Shown in pieces: positions 11,160-22,153 of a stretch of 64,000 bases of DNA. The notes beneath the pieces are model-generated. The model was not told the origin of the DNA. It worked only from the letters and a program-made list of their open reading frames with translations, and searched no databases. Both the position numbers and the translations under genes were made by a program. Each line of letters begins with the position of its first letter. Within the stretch, counting starts at the first letter, position 1. This DNA is from an uncultured Gammaproteobacteria bacterium. GTDB taxonomy: Bacteria; Pseudomonadota; Gammaproteobacteria; JAADHQ01. Where the stretch lies: contig CAWECS010000016.1 of NCBI GenBank assembly GCA_963807455.1, positions 146,682-210,681 of the forward strand, read 5' to 3'.

Positions 11160-11807
11160 ATGCCGAACATGAAAATGATCGGTGTTTTTGGCGGTACATT
11201 TGATCCAATTCATTTTGGCCATTTACGTCCCGTTCTGGAAGTTTATCAGGATCTGCCTGTCGAGGAAATTCGCTGGATACCGAGTGGACAGCCACCTCAC
11301 CGAGCCAGTCCACAGGTGTCAATCGAGCATCGGCTTAAGATGTTACGTCTGGCTCTGCAAGGCACAGAATTTATTGTTGATGAACGTGAATTACAGCGTC
11401 CCGGTCCATCATACATGGTTGATACCCTGGCATCTTTGAAACAGGAATATCCCGAAAAAATATTGGCATTGATATTGGGTATGGATGCATTTTGTGGATT
11501 GCCTGACTGGCATCGTTGGCAAGATTTATTGCAGCTTGCCCATATCATTGTATGTTATCGTCCTGGCGCGGCTTTACCTGATCAAGGTGAGCTGGCCAGT
11601 ATCATCGCCGAAAGCCAAACACACAATAGCCAATTACTGTTGAGTCGTGACAGTGGCTTGATCTATATGCACCCGGTAACACAATTAGCTGTTTCCGCGA
11701 CAATGATTCGTGCTTGTTGCCTGCAAGGAAAAAGTCCGCGTTTTCTTTTACCTGAGAGCGTGTCTGTTTACATAGAAAAAAACCATCTTTACCAAGAAGA
11801 GGCCTGA
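11160..11807 (+). CDS. nadD: Nicotinate-nucleotide adenylyltransferase
   Basis: 215 aa with the nucleotidyltransferase motif [11 protein letters not shown] near the N-terminus. Confidence 0.9.
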   Translation: MPNMKMIGVFGGTFDPIHFGHLRPVLEVYQDLPVEEIRWIPSGQPPHRASPQVSIEHRLKMLRLALQGTEFIVDERELQRPGPSYMVDTLASLKQEYPEKILALILGMDAFCGLPDWHRWQDLLQLAHIIVCYRPGAALPDQGELASIIAESQTHNSQLLLSRDSGLIYMHPVTQLAVSATMIRACCLQGKSPRFLLPESVSVYIEKNHLYQEEA

Positions 11808-11817
11808 AAAAAAGATA

Positions 11818-12174
11818 ATGAATATTGAAGATTTACAAAAGCTGGCTATTGATGCCATGGAAGACATGAAGGCGATTGATATACGCATCCTGGATGTCAG
11901 AGAAATGACCTCGGTCACTGATCTGATGATAATTGCCAGCGGTAGTTCGAGCCGACATGTAAAATCGATTGCCGAAAATGTTATCGTCAAGGCGAAGGAA
12001 AATAATGTTCTTCCTCTTGGCAGTGAAGGTGAATCCACTGGCGAGTGGGTGCTTGTCGATTTGGGTGATATTGTTGTGCATGTAATGCGACCTGAAATAC
12101 GTGATTTCTATAATCTGGAAAAGCTCTGGACAGTGAGTGAATCAGATAATGTAGTTGATATAAAAGCCGATTAA
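11818..12174 (+). CDS. rsfS: Ribosomal silencing factor RsfS (Iojap family)
   Basis: 118 aa. Conserved nadD-rsfS-rlmH arrangement. DUF143 (Iojap)-like sequence. Confidence 0.85.
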   Translation: MNIEDLQKLAIDAMEDMKAIDIRILDVREMTSVTDLMIIASGSSSRHVKSIAENVIVKAKENNVLPLGSEGESTGEWVLVDLGDIVVHVMRPEIRDFYNLEKLWTVSESDNVVDIKAD

Positions 12175-12641
12175 TGCAAATCAACTTGATAGCTGTGGGC
12201 ACACGCATGCCGGCCTGGGTAACTGCGGCCTTTGATGACTATGCATCCCGGTTACAACGGGAATGCACATTAAATTTGATAGAAATAAATTCCGGGAAAC
12301 GTCACAAGGGTGCTGATCTTGATAAAATCATAAATGATGAAGGGGCAAAGATGTTAGCAGCAATTCCAAAATCATGTCAGGTTATCGCCCTGGATGTGAC
12401 TGGCAAATCCTGGAGCACCGAACAGCTCTCAATGCAACTGCAAGGCTGGATGTCATCAGGGCGGGATGTCGCTTTATTAGTGGGTGGGCCAGAGGGTTTG
12501 TCCGAGGCCTGCTATCAACGCGCGGATCAACGTTGGTCGTTATCCGCATTGACTCTTCCTCATCCGATGGTGCGCGTTATTATCGCAGAACAATTATTCA
12601 GAGCCTGGAGCATCCTGAATAACCATCCCTATCACCGTTAG
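12174..12641 (+). CDS. rlmH: 23S rRNA (pseudouridine1915-N3)-methyltransferase RlmH
   Basis: 155 aa SPOUT-family protein. Start overlaps the rsfS stop. Canonical position after rsfS. Confidence 0.85.
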   Translation: MQINLIAVGTRMPAWVTAAFDDYASRLQRECTLNLIEINSGKRHKGADLDKIINDEGAKMLAAIPKSCQVIALDVTGKSWSTEQLSMQLQGWMSSGRDVALLVGGPEGLSEACYQRADQRWSLSALTLPHPMVRVIIAEQLFRAWSILNNHPYHR

Positions 12642-12738
12642 ACAATAAAATAATATTGCATGAAGAAAACGAATTTTTATGCTGTCATTAACACTAATGT
12701 AACTTTAGTGCTTTCCAGTTTTTCATTGCTGAAAATCA

Positions 12739-13371
12739 ATGAGTCATAAACCGCAGTTATATCTGGCATCAACTTCACCGCGCAGGCAGGAATTGCTTCA
12801 GCAGTTGGGTCTGGTCTTTGATATTCTGTCTATTGATGCTGATGAGTCGATGCTCGTCAATGAAACGCCTGAGAATTTTGTACAACGTCTGGCGCTCGAT
12901 AAGGCCAGGGATGGATGGAAGCATTCAGGACGTCAATATGACTTGCCAGTGCTCGGGTCAGATACTGCCGTTGTCTATGACGGAGAAGTGTTTGGCAAAC
13001 CACATGATAAAGAACATGCTATGCACATGTTGACGTGCCTGTCAGGAAACTGTCATCAAGTAATGACGGCGGTGGCATTAAAATATGCAACGCAGGAACT
13101 GGTCAGCATCAATATTAGTCGCGTCTGTTTTCGACCCATGACGACGGCAGAGATAAAGGCATACTGTTTGACATCGGAACCTGAGGGCAAAGCCGGCGCT
13201 TATGCGATTCAGGGGCTGGCGGCACAATACATTCATCATCTTGAGGGCAGTTTTTCAGCAGTGATGGGTTTGCCTTTATTTGAAACAGCGGAATTACTCC
13301 GACAATTCGCTGTCAAAATACCCGGCTCCAGCAGTGTGCAGAAAAAAATTGAAAATAAGCCTGAAAATTAA
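12739..13371 (+). CDS. maf: Maf-like nucleoside triphosphate pyrophosphatase
   Basis: 210 aa. N-terminus LYLASTSPRRQELLQQLGL is the Maf signature. Followed by rng and yhdP as in E. coli yhdE-rng-yhdP. Confidence 0.85.
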   Translation: MSHKPQLYLASTSPRRQELLQQLGLVFDILSIDADESMLVNETPENFVQRLALDKARDGWKHSGRQYDLPVLGSDTAVVYDGEVFGKPHDKEHAMHMLTCLSGNCHQVMTAVALKYATQELVSINISRVCFRPMTTAEIKAYCLTSEPEGKAGAYAIQGLAAQYIHHLEGSFSAVMGLPLFETAELLRQFAVKIPGSSSVQKKIENKPEN

Positions 13372-13427
13372 AACAGAAAAAGGTAAGGTAGTAATTACAG
13401 TACCTTAGAGTAAAACCCAGGTAAAAT

Positions 13428-14904
13428 ATGAGTGAAGAAATACTGATTAATGTGACCCCGAGAGAGACGCGTGTAGCGTTGGTAGAGAATGGTGTGTTAC
13501 AGGAGGTTTATATTGAACGGGAACGTAAACGCGGCATCGTCGGAAATATATATAAAGGCAAGGTTAGTCGAGTATTACCAGGGATGCAGGCCGCCTTTAT
13601 TGACATCGGTCTGGAACGTGCTGCCTTTTTACATGCCTCAGATATCAGCAGTGCAGTACTGATTGAAGCTGAAGAGTTGAATGCTGAAAAGCGTCAGAAT
13701 GAAATCGCAGACCTGGTCAGTGAAGGTCAGGATATACTGGTCCAGGTTATCAAGGATCCACTCGGTAGCAAGGGAGCCAGGCTCACCACACATATCACTG
13801 TGCCATCACGTTACCTGGTGCTATTACCCGGGGAAAATAATATTGGTATTTCCACTAAAATTGAAGACGAAGAAGAACGTAATCGCCTCAAAGATATCGT
13901 CACCTCCAAGAGTGAAAATCGAGAAGGCCATGGTTTTATAATCAGAACTGTTGCTGAAGGAATTGATGAGCAGGCGTTAATATCGGATCAAGAATTTTTA
14001 TCTAAACTATGGATCTCGATTAAGGAACAGATTGAAGTTGGCACAACCAGGATCCGTTGTCTATCAGGATTTGTCGCTGGCTATACGTACATTGCGTGAT
14101 CTTGTCGATGATCAAATAGAGAAAATCAGAGTTGATTCACGTGAAAGCTTTAACAAGCTGCAAGAATTCAGCCAACAGTTTGTTCCCCATATGACAGGGT
14201 GTCTGGAATATTATCCTGGTGAGCGACCCATTTTTGATTTGTATAATGTTGACGACGAATTGCAAAAGGCGCTAGACAGGAAAGTGCAACTTAAATCGGG
14301 AGGTTATCTGATTATTGATCAGACCGAGGCGATGACAACTATCGATGTCAACACCGGTGCCTATGTAGGTCATCGAAATCTGGAAGAAACTATATTTAAA
14401 ACCAACCTGGAAGCGGCGCAGGCTATCACTCGCCAGTTGAGATTACGTAATCTGGGTGGGATTATCATTATCGATTTTATTGATATGTCACTGGATGATC
14501 ACAAACGCCAGGTATTACGAGCATTAGAGAAAACTCTGGTTAAAGACCATGCCAAAAGTAATATTACCGAGGTTTCCAGTCTTGGGCTGGTAGAGATGAC
14601 GCGTAAAAGAACGCGCGAGAGTCTGGAGCATGTTTTGTGTGATGTATGTCCTACCTGCGATGGCAGGGGCTCGATAAAATCAGCAGAAACTGTTTGTTAT
14701 GAGGTTTTCAGGGAGATTATCCGTGAAGTAAGGCAATATGATGCCAAAAAGTTATTGGTACTGGCTTCGCAGGAGGTAGTCGACCTGTTACTGGATGAGG
14801 AAAGTGCAAGTCTCGCTGAGTTGGAGGCTTTTATTGAAGTTCCGATTAAATTTCAGGTGGAAGCCTTGTTTACACCTGAGCAATATGATGTTGTGTTAAT
14901 GTAG
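13428..14904 (+). pseudogene. rng: Ribonuclease G (RNase E/G family), interrupted by an apparent +1 frameshift near 14,035-14,060
   Basis: Two overlapping ORFs in different frames (13428-14099 and 14032-14904) together span a ~490-aa RNase G. The first has the S1 domain, the second the catalytic and Zn-link region (CDVCPTCDGRG). The switch point lies between ...KEQIEVG and VVYQDLSLAIRTL. Confidence 0.75.
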
Positions 14905-14953
14905 GTCATTATGATTATCACCATTGTTTTGAGTTAATCTAGATAAAGAATTC

Positions 14954-17900
14954 ATGCAGAATATTCGACATTTCTTCAGACGTAGTTTTAAATTTTTCTG
15001 GATCAGTCTGGCCATCCTTATTATTCTTTTTGCTGTTATGGTGAGCATCAGTCGAATGTTTATTCCATTGCTTGCAGACTATAAAACAGATCTTGAACAA
15101 ATCGCCAGTCAACAACTCGGGCGCTCGATCAAGGTAGGCAGCATTGATGCAGAATGGATTGGTCTTTGGCCTGATATACATTTATCAGAAGTGAAAATAC
15201 AATCTCGATCTGACAGTGAAGCCTGGCTACAAGTCGATAATGTCTGGCTCACACTGGATTTGCTGTCATTTTTTAATAAAGGTCATCTTGATACTGAGCG
15301 CGTCAAGATCAAAGGACTGCAGCTCAATATCCAGCGCAAGGATGATGTTCTTTATATGATCAATGGCGAACCATTTCGTCTGGATCAGAGTAGCCCCGAG
15401 GATCAGGCTGAGTTACTGAAATGGTTTTTTTCTCGAGACCGGCTGCAGCTGGTTGATTGTGATTTTTCCTACCATGATGACCGAAATGAATCCCGGCAGT
15501 TTGAAATGCAACAAGTCAATTTGAATCTTGAGAATAGAAACAAACACCACCATGCCTATGGGCGATTCAAGGTTCCTGGGCAACAGGAAAGTAGTTTGTC
15601 ATTTGTGCTGGATATGAAAGGTGATATGCACAGGCCACAGAAAGTATTGAATAAATTATATTTACAGGGCGATGTTGTCGTTACGAAAAATATGCAGGAG
15701 TGGTTAAAGCCCTATGTTAACTTGCAAAAAGGCGCCATCAATTTACGCTTATGGGCAGCGGGACGCTTACAAAAAATTAATCGCGTGAAAGCTGAATTGT
15801 CAGCAAGAGATTTGTCCTGGTCGGTTACTAATACAGAGCAAATAGATCGCTTCAGCAATGTTGAAACTCTCAATGCATCCTTGTTTTTAACGCGCAGAAA
15901 AGATGGATGGAGCTTTGATCTGGAAAACTTTTCGTTGAGTAAAAATGGCATTAAATGGCCACAGTCGGAGGCCCATCTGGTTTACCAGCATGCCGTTGCT
16001 GATGAGCCTGCAATGCTTGAAGGCACTATTGGTTACGTAAAGCTACAGGATATTGCAGGTCTTTTGTCAGAAAATTTACCGCCCAGTCTTATTATTAGTA
16101 AAGAAATGAAACAATTGGCGTTACAGGGGGACATGCACGATGTTAAATTTCGTCTCAGCCATACTCCGGAAGAAATACAAAATTTTTACATAAGTACTAA
16201 TTTCACTGATCTGAGTTTTCAACGCTGGAAAAAATTACCCGGTGCCAGAGGGCTGGATGGACGAATAGTATTTTCAGATAAAGAAGGCGCTTTACACTTA
16301 AAGAGTAGGGATGCCACACTCGATTTCGGAGATATGTTCAGTCAACCGCTAGAGCTTGGTGATTTAAATGGTGACATGCATTGGAAAAAATCATCCGATA
16401 GCGTGGAATTGTCATTTGCAGATCTGATTGCCAGCAATAAACATATTGAGACGCGCTCCAGGGCTAACATACTCATACCTTTAGATAAGGGTTCACCTTT
16501 TATTGATATGAATGTGGACTTTAAAAATGGTGAGGCATCTTTTGCAAAATTATATATGCCGCGTGCTATATTGAGTAAAAACATGCTCGCATGGCTCGAT
16601 AAGGCCTTCATAAAAGGAAAAGTCCCTGAAGGCAAGATGATATTTCATGGTTATGCTAATGAATTCCCGTTTACCAATGGCCAGGGCACCTTTCTGGTTG
16701 ATTTTAATGTTGAGCAGATGCAGTTTGAATATGGTACGGCATGGCCGCATTTGCATCAGCTGAATGGCAATGTCGTTTTTAGTGATAACTCGCTGATTGT
16801 CGCTATCCATGATGCAGAACTTATGCAGCTAAAACTCAAGTCGTCGAAAATCAATATTGAGCATTTGGGAAAAAATTCAATTGTAGATATGAATATTGAT
16901 CTGGAAGGTAATACGCAATCTATGCTTGATTATCTGTATAAAATACCGGTAGGTAGTAAGACGCACGGGATGCTGGAGGCTGTTGCAGCAAAAGGCGCAA
17001 TGCAAAGTCATTTGGAAATATCTATACCATTGAAGATTCCTGATCAATTCATTTTGCAGGGTAGTACCCAGCTGCTGAATGGCAGCCTGGAAATTAAAAA
17101 ATGGAAGCATGAATTCAAGCAATTAAAAGGTGCTTTGCATTATTCTTTTCATGATAAAAAAATCAAGTTTACATCAAAGAATCTACAGGCTGAATATTTG
17201 GGAAAACCCAGCCTGATTAGCGTGAAGACAGAGGACAATAAACAACAGCAATCAATCACGACTGTCGCATTTCAATCACATTTTGGTTTGTCTGCATTGT
17301 TGAAAGAGTATCTTCCTCCTTCGCAGTCAATATTTGATGGCAAGTCTGACTGGCAAATTAAATTAGGTGTTTCTGAAAAAGGTGCCACTCTTCAACTTGA
17401 AAGTGAATTACTGGGTGAAACGCTGGCATTACCTGATGGTTTCGCAAAGCAGGCTGAGCACAAACGTAAGCTAAGAATTGACACTGATTTGACTGATGGT
17501 CGGGTTAGTAGCATACGACTTGAGTACGGTAATCTATTAAATGCTATATTGGCATTACCAGATTCATATACAGAACCAAGTATCGAAAGAGGCGAAATTA
17601 ATTTTAGCCAGGTTCAGGCCAAGCTCCCGCAGCAGAAAGGACTGGTTATTAATGGCAAATTGACCAGCTTAACATTGAACCAGTGGATGGATCTGTTGCC
17701 TCCAGGCGGTGACAATTTGTCGCTTATTAATCCTGCCATCATCAACAAGGCAAACCTTGTCATAGATAAAGTCATCGCAGGACAGCAGGAATATAATCAG
17801 CTTTCTTTAATCGCCACCCGCAGAACAACGGATCTTATTGTGACAATGGGAGCTAAAGAACTGGCAGGTGAGATAACCATTCCTTTTGATATAAAGGCAG

Positions 17901-18787
17901 CAATGCCACTTGTCATGAAACTTCAATATTTGTATATCAAGACAGCGAGTAATAAACTTGAATCTTCGGTACTTGACCCAAGAAAAATACCCGCCATTAA
18001 CCTTGAAAGTCAGAAATTATTTTTAAACGGCAATAACCTTGGCAAGTTAATTATGAAAGCGCATAAGGACCAGGGCGGCTTAGTATTTGATCAACTTGAT
18101 ATTCAGAGTGAGCTATTAAACATCACAGCGCAAGGTAGTTGGCTATTTAAAAAATCATGGCATGAATCTGCGTTTAATATAGATTTTTCTGCAGCCAAGA
18201 TCGGCGATGCCATGAAATTATTTAATTTTCAGACCAGTATTGAAAATGGTGCAGCAAAAGCACAACTACAGGCAAGTTGGAGCGGCCCACCGCACTGGTT
18301 TGAAATGAAACGACTTAACGGAAGCATGACTATGTCTATCCAGAATGGCCAGTTGCATGATATTGATCCGGGAGGAGGCAGGATTTTTGGCTTGTTGAGT
18401 GTGCAAAATTTGCCTAGACGATTATCATTGGATTTCAGTGATTTATTTAAAAAAGGTTTTGGTTTTGACAAGATTGAAGGTCAATTTAATATTGCTGATG
18501 GTGATGCCTATACCAATAATCTGTACCTTGATGGTCCTGCCGCCAGAATAGATATTTCCGGTCGCATTGGGTTGGCGAGCGAAGAATACGATGAAGAAAT
18601 TATCGTTACCCCAAAATTGTCTTCCAGTATCCCGGTACTGGGTTTGGCAGCAGGTCCGCAGGTTGCATTGGGCTTGTTTCTGACAGAAAAAATATTGCGT
18701 AAAGGAATCAATAAAATGTCCAGAACGCATTATTCTGTCACAGGGCCATGGAATAATCCTGTTATTAGCAAGATTTCAAAAAAGTAG
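14954..18787 (+). CDS. yhdP: YhdP-family (AsmA-like) inner-membrane protein, putative intermembrane phospholipid transporter
   Basis: 1277 aa. N-terminal TM anchor, a long beta-rich body and a C-terminal DUF3971/AsmA2-like segment. Located immediately after rng, as in E. coli. Confidence 0.8.
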   Translation: MQNIRHFFRRSFKFFWISLAILIILFAVMVSISRMFIPLLADYKTDLEQIASQQLGRSIKVGSIDAEWIGLWPDIHLSEVKIQSRSDSEAWLQVDNVWLTLDLLSFFNKGHLDTERVKIKGLQLNIQRKDDVLYMINGEPFRLDQSSPEDQAELLKWFFSRDRLQLVDCDFSYHDDRNESRQFEMQQVNLNLENRNKHHHAYGRFKVPGQQESSLSFVLDMKGDMHRPQKVLNKLYLQGDVVVTKNMQEWLKPYVNLQKGAINLRLWAAGRLQKINRVKAELSARDLSWSVTNTEQIDRFSNVETLNASLFLTRRKDGWSFDLENFSLSKNGIKWPQSEAHLVYQHAVADEPAMLEGTIGYVKLQDIAGLLSENLPPSLIISKEMKQLALQGDMHDVKFRLSHTPEEIQNFYISTNFTDLSFQRWKKLPGARGLDGRIVFSDKEGALHLKSRDATLDFGDMFSQPLELGDLNGDMHWKKSSDSVELSFADLIASNKHIETRSRANILIPLDKGSPFIDMNVDFKNGEASFAKLYMPRAILSKNMLAWLDKAFIKGKVPEGKMIFHGYANEFPFTNGQGTFLVDFNVEQMQFEYGTAWPHLHQLNGNVVFSDNSLIVAIHDAELMQLKLKSSKINIEHLGKNSIVDMNIDLEGNTQSMLDYLYKIPVGSKTHGMLEAVAAKGAMQSHLEISIPLKIPDQFILQGSTQLLNGSLEIKKWKHEFKQLKGALHYSFHDKKIKFTSKNLQAEYLGKPSLISVKTEDNKQQQSITTVAFQSHFGLSALLKEYLPPSQSIFDGKSDWQIKLGVSEKGATLQLESELLGETLALPDGFAKQAEHKRKLRIDTDLTDGRVSSIRLEYGNLLNAILALPDSYTEPSIERGEINFSQVQAKLPQQKGLVINGKLTSLTLNQWMDLLPPGGDNLSLINPAIINKANLVIDKVIAGQQEYNQLSLIATRRTTDLIVTMGAKELAGEITIPFDIKAAMPLVMKLQYLYIKTASNKLESSVLDPRKIPAINLESQKLFLNGNNLGKLIMKAHKDQGGLVFDQLDIQSELLNITAQGSWLFKKSWHESAFNIDFSAAKIGDAMKLFNFQTSIENGAAKAQLQASWSGPPHWFEMKRLNGSMTMSIQNGQLHDIDPGGGRIFGLLSVQNLPRRLSLDFSDLFKKGFGFDKIEGQFNIADGDAYTNNLYLDGPAARIDISGRIGLASEEYDEEIIVTPKLSSSIPVLGLAAGPQVALGLFLTEKILRKGINKMSRTHYSVTGPWNNPVISKISKK

Positions 18788-18921
18788 TCTTTAGCCGACA
18801 GCTCGGGTACTCTATATGAGCAAGCTAATGTTTATAGATTGCTGATTATTATGGTATTTTTATGGTATGCTATCGTTATATGAACCTGTTTAGACAACAA
18901 CTACAATTAATCCAGGGTAAC

Positions 18922-19266
18922 ATGATACGTTGTCTGGCAATAATAACGTGCTTGCTTGCGTTCAGCCAGGTAATGGCAGACTCATGGAATATCAGTATTG
19001 AGGAATGGTCCCGGCCGCGATCTGGTGATTCACTGGTGCAAATGCAAGGGCTGGCCAATGCGGTCCAAGCACTGAATGCAGAGCCATTATCGAAGTTACT
19101 GGTTCGTTATCCTGGTGGTGAAGAAGGTGCGCTCTGGACCAGCGAGTTGCGTGACTGGTTAGTGTCATTGGGCATTCCATCCAGCAGAATTGAATTACAA
19201 CCGGGGCAATCCAGCCATGAGCAAATTACACTGACACTGAAAACACATAGGGGAAATAAGGAATGA
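18922..19266 (+). CDS. Small periplasmic protein, hypothetical
   Basis: Start chosen at the Met that begins a plausible signal peptide (MIRCLAIITCLLAFSQVMA). The ORF-track version extends 60 nt further upstream. Stop overlaps the start of the next gene. No family assigned. Confidence 0.4.
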   Translation: MIRCLAIITCLLAFSQVMADSWNISIEEWSRPRSGDSLVQMQGLANAVQALNAEPLSKLLVRYPGGEEGALWTSELRDWLVSLGIPSSRIELQPGQSSHEQITLTLKTHRGNKE

Positions 19267-20090
19267 ATGTTGTAGTGGCCATACAAATGGCATCAGGTCC
19301 TAATGTTAGTGCGAATTTGCTGGAAGCTGAAAGGCTAATATCACATGCGGTGGCAGATGGTGCGAAACTGGTCGTATTACCTGAAAACTTTGCATTGATG
19401 GGCCATAATGAAACGGACAAATTAGCCATAAAAGAGTCAGAAAGTGGCGGGGAAATACAGAACTTTCTATCACAACAGGCAAAGAAAAATTCCATCTGGA
19501 TTGTCGGCGGTACCATTCCAATGAGTAGCAAGGATAAAAATCGTATTCGCGCTGCTTGCCTGTTATTTAATGATCAGGGTGATCAAGTGGCCCGCTATGA
19601 CAAGATCCATCTTTTTGATGTCAATCTTCCTGGCAGCGATGAGCAGTATATAGAGTCAGAAACGATCGAGCCCGGCACAGATTCTATTGTTGTCGATACA
19701 CCTTTCGGCAAACTCGGTTTGGCCGTTTGCTATGATTTAAGGTTTCCTGAATTATTCAGAGATCTGGTTGAAAAGGGTATGGAAATTCTGGCGATACCCT
19801 CTGCATTTACGTCTATTACCGGAAAGGCGCACTGGGAAACCTTGCTGCGCGCCAGAGCCATTGAGAATCAATGCTATGTAATAGCGGCAGCTCAGGGTGG
19901 TTATCATGCCAGTGGACGCGAAACTCATGGCGATAGCATGATTGTCGATCCTTGGGGTATTATCCTCAATCGCCTTTCAAAAACTGCAGGCATCGTTAAG
20001 GCAGATATTGATATCGAGAGGGTTAAAAATGTACGTAAGACCTTCCCTGCAGTTGAACATCGACGTATGTATTGCAAGGTGAATGATTAA
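19263..20090 (+). CDS. Carbon-nitrogen hydrolase family protein (nitrilase superfamily)
   Basis: 275 aa with the E-K-C catalytic triad contexts (VVLPENF...; ...DKIHLFD; LGLAVCYDLRFPE). Commonly found between yhdP and tldD. Confidence 0.85.
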   Translation: MNVVVAIQMASGPNVSANLLEAERLISHAVADGAKLVVLPENFALMGHNETDKLAIKESESGGEIQNFLSQQAKKNSIWIVGGTIPMSSKDKNRIRAACLLFNDQGDQVARYDKIHLFDVNLPGSDEQYIESETIEPGTDSIVVDTPFGKLGLAVCYDLRFPELFRDLVEKGMEILAIPSAFTSITGKAHWETLLRARAIENQCYVIAAAQGGYHASGRETHGDSMIVDPWGIILNRLSKTAGIVKADIDIERVKNVRKTFPAVEHRRMYCKVND

Positions 20091-20151
20091 ATCATCATAT
20101 CTATTGCATGATGATGCAGAAGAATTTTAATTTTTATACACAGGTAAACAT

Positions 20152-21594
20152 ATGACTGAATTGCTGGATATAGCAAGACAAAGAATTTTGGTGCCGGCGG
20201 GCATGGTCGATGAAGACCTGAATAAAATTCTTGATAGCGCCCTTGGGAATGCCATCGATATGGCTGATGTCTATTTTCAGGTGCAGCGACATGAATCATG
20301 GGTAATGGAAGACGGCATTGTTAAGGAGGGCAGTTACAACATAGATCAGGGAGTTGGAGTTAGAGCTATTAGTGGAGAAAAGACCGGCTTTGCTTATTCT
20401 GATGAAATAGTCATGCCGGCATTGATGCAGGCATCTAAAGCAGCGCGCGCCATTGCTCGAACGGGCCAACAAGGAAAATTACAGGCGTGGAAGGCAGCAG
20501 GTGGACATGACCTCTATATGCAGACAGATCCATTGGATGCCCTGTCTACTGAAGCCAAGTTACAATTATTGCAGGATGTTGATGCCGAAGCACGACGTCT
20601 CGATGTGCGAGTCAAGCAGGTTGTTGTCAGCCTTTCTGGCGTACATGAAGTGATTCTGGTGGCTAATAGTGATGGCGCCCTGTCAGCTGATGTGCGACCA
20701 CTGGTACGCATGAGTGTCAGTGTCATTGCTGAAGACAAAGGGCGACGGGAGCAAGGTGGTGCAGGTGGTGGTGGGCGCTTTGCCTATGATTATTTTATCA
20801 ATGAACAGCGAGGACTGGAGTTCGCGCGCAAAGCGGTGCGACAGGCATTATTGAATCTTGAAGCCGTCGAGGCACCGGCGGGCACAATGAATGTCGTACT
20901 CGGCCCTGGATGGCCAGGTGTATTATTACATGAAGCTGTCGGCCATGGGTTGGAAGGCGACTTTAATCGCAAGGGTAGTTCGGCATTTTCAGGTCGAGTG
21001 GGTGAAAAAGTCGCATCCGAACAATGTACAGTGGTTGATGACGGCACTCTGAGTGAGCGCAGAGGTTCGTTAAATATTGATGACGAAGGAACGCCAACCG
21101 AACAAACAGTGCTGATTGAAAATGGTATTCTTAAAGGTTATATGCAAGATAAATTGAATGCCAAACTCATGGGTGTAGCCTCTACCGGTAATGGCCGCAG
21201 GGAATCCTTTTCTCATTTACCCATGCCAAGAATGACTAATACTTATATGCTGGCTGGTGCTTATGAAGCGCAAGAGATTATTGAGTCAGTGGAAAATGGT
21301 TTGTATGCAGTTAATTTTTCCGGTGGCCAGGTCGATATTACCTCGGGTAAATTTGTATTTTCTGCCAGTGAGGCCTACCTGATTGAAAACGGCAAAGTAA
21401 CTCGACCAGTGAAAGGCGCGACCTTGATCGGTAATGGGCCGGATGTCATGAACCGTGTGAGTATGGTGGGGAATGACCTACAGCTGGATGATGGGGTCGG
21501 AACCTGTGGTAAGGAAGGTCAAAGTGTCCCCGTCGGTGTTGGTCAGCCGACGATGCGTATTGATGGTCTTACTGTGGGTGGTACAGGTGTTTAG
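20152..21594 (+). CDS. tldD: Metalloprotease TldD
   Basis: 480 aa. [11 protein letters not shown] zinc-binding motif. PmbA_TldD fold. Synteny with the yhdP block. Confidence 0.9.
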   Translation: MTELLDIARQRILVPAGMVDEDLNKILDSALGNAIDMADVYFQVQRHESWVMEDGIVKEGSYNIDQGVGVRAISGEKTGFAYSDEIVMPALMQASKAARAIARTGQQGKLQAWKAAGGHDLYMQTDPLDALSTEAKLQLLQDVDAEARRLDVRVKQVVVSLSGVHEVILVANSDGALSADVRPLVRMSVSVIAEDKGRREQGGAGGGGRFAYDYFINEQRGLEFARKAVRQALLNLEAVEAPAGTMNVVLGPGWPGVLLHEAVGHGLEGDFNRKGSSAFSGRVGEKVASEQCTVVDDGTLSERRGSLNIDDEGTPTEQTVLIENGILKGYMQDKLNAKLMGVASTGNGRRESFSHLPMPRMTNTYMLAGAYEAQEIIESVENGLYAVNFSGGQVDITSGKFVFSASEAYLIENGKVTRPVKGATLIGNGPDVMNRVSMVGNDLQLDDGVGTCGKEGQSVPVGVGQPTMRIDGLTVGGTGV

Positions 21595-22106
21595 GTCTCT
21601 GTATTAGTGGCTAGTTCTTGCAGATACTTGAATAATTTACGTGCTGATTTTGGTGGTTTCTGTTGGCGGCTTTCATTTTGTGCATTGCGCACGAGCTGAC
21701 GTAGATATTGTTTGTCCAGCTGCGGAAAGCTAGTTAGGAGTTCGGTCAGCACAGTAGTGGAATCCTGTATTAGCTGGTCGCGCCAGGTTTCAATTTGATG
21801 CAGTTTTGCGCTTTCATGATGTCGCTGCCGTTGCAATTTACTCAATGCTTGTTTGATCGGTTGCGGGTCTATGTCGCGCATTAATTTACCAATGTACTGT
21901 AACTGGCGTTTTAATCCTCCATGCTGATGAATGTTACGTGCTGCGAGAATGGCATCGAGTAGATTTTGCGGTAATGGTATTAATTGTAGTTGTTCTTCAT
22001 TAAGCTTCGTGAGTTGCGCGCCCAATTCCTGCAAGGCCGTGGCATCACGTTTTTTTTGTGATTTACTCTTTTCTAAGGGTATCTCGTTTTCGTTATCTGT
22101 AGACAT
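21591..22106 (-). CDS. yjgA: Ribosome-associated protein YjgA (DUF615)
   Basis: Trimmed to the internal Met (MSTDNENE...) because the long ORF-track version (to 22232) would overlap the pmbA start. The C-terminal [17 protein letters not shown] matches the YjgA tail. Classic divergent yjgA-pmbA pair. Confidence 0.75.
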   Translation of the reverse strand: MSTDNENEIPLEKSKSQKKRDATALQELGAQLTKLNEEQLQLIPLPQNLLDAILAARNIHQHGGLKRQLQYIGKLMRDIDPQPIKQALSKLQRQRHHESAKLHQIETWRDQLIQDSTTVLTELLTSFPQLDKQYLRQLVRNAQNESRQQKPPKSARKLFKYLQELATNTET

Positions 22107-22153
22107 AGGGATAAATGGCAAAGTAATTTGTCTGTAGTGAATGGGAGTATAGC

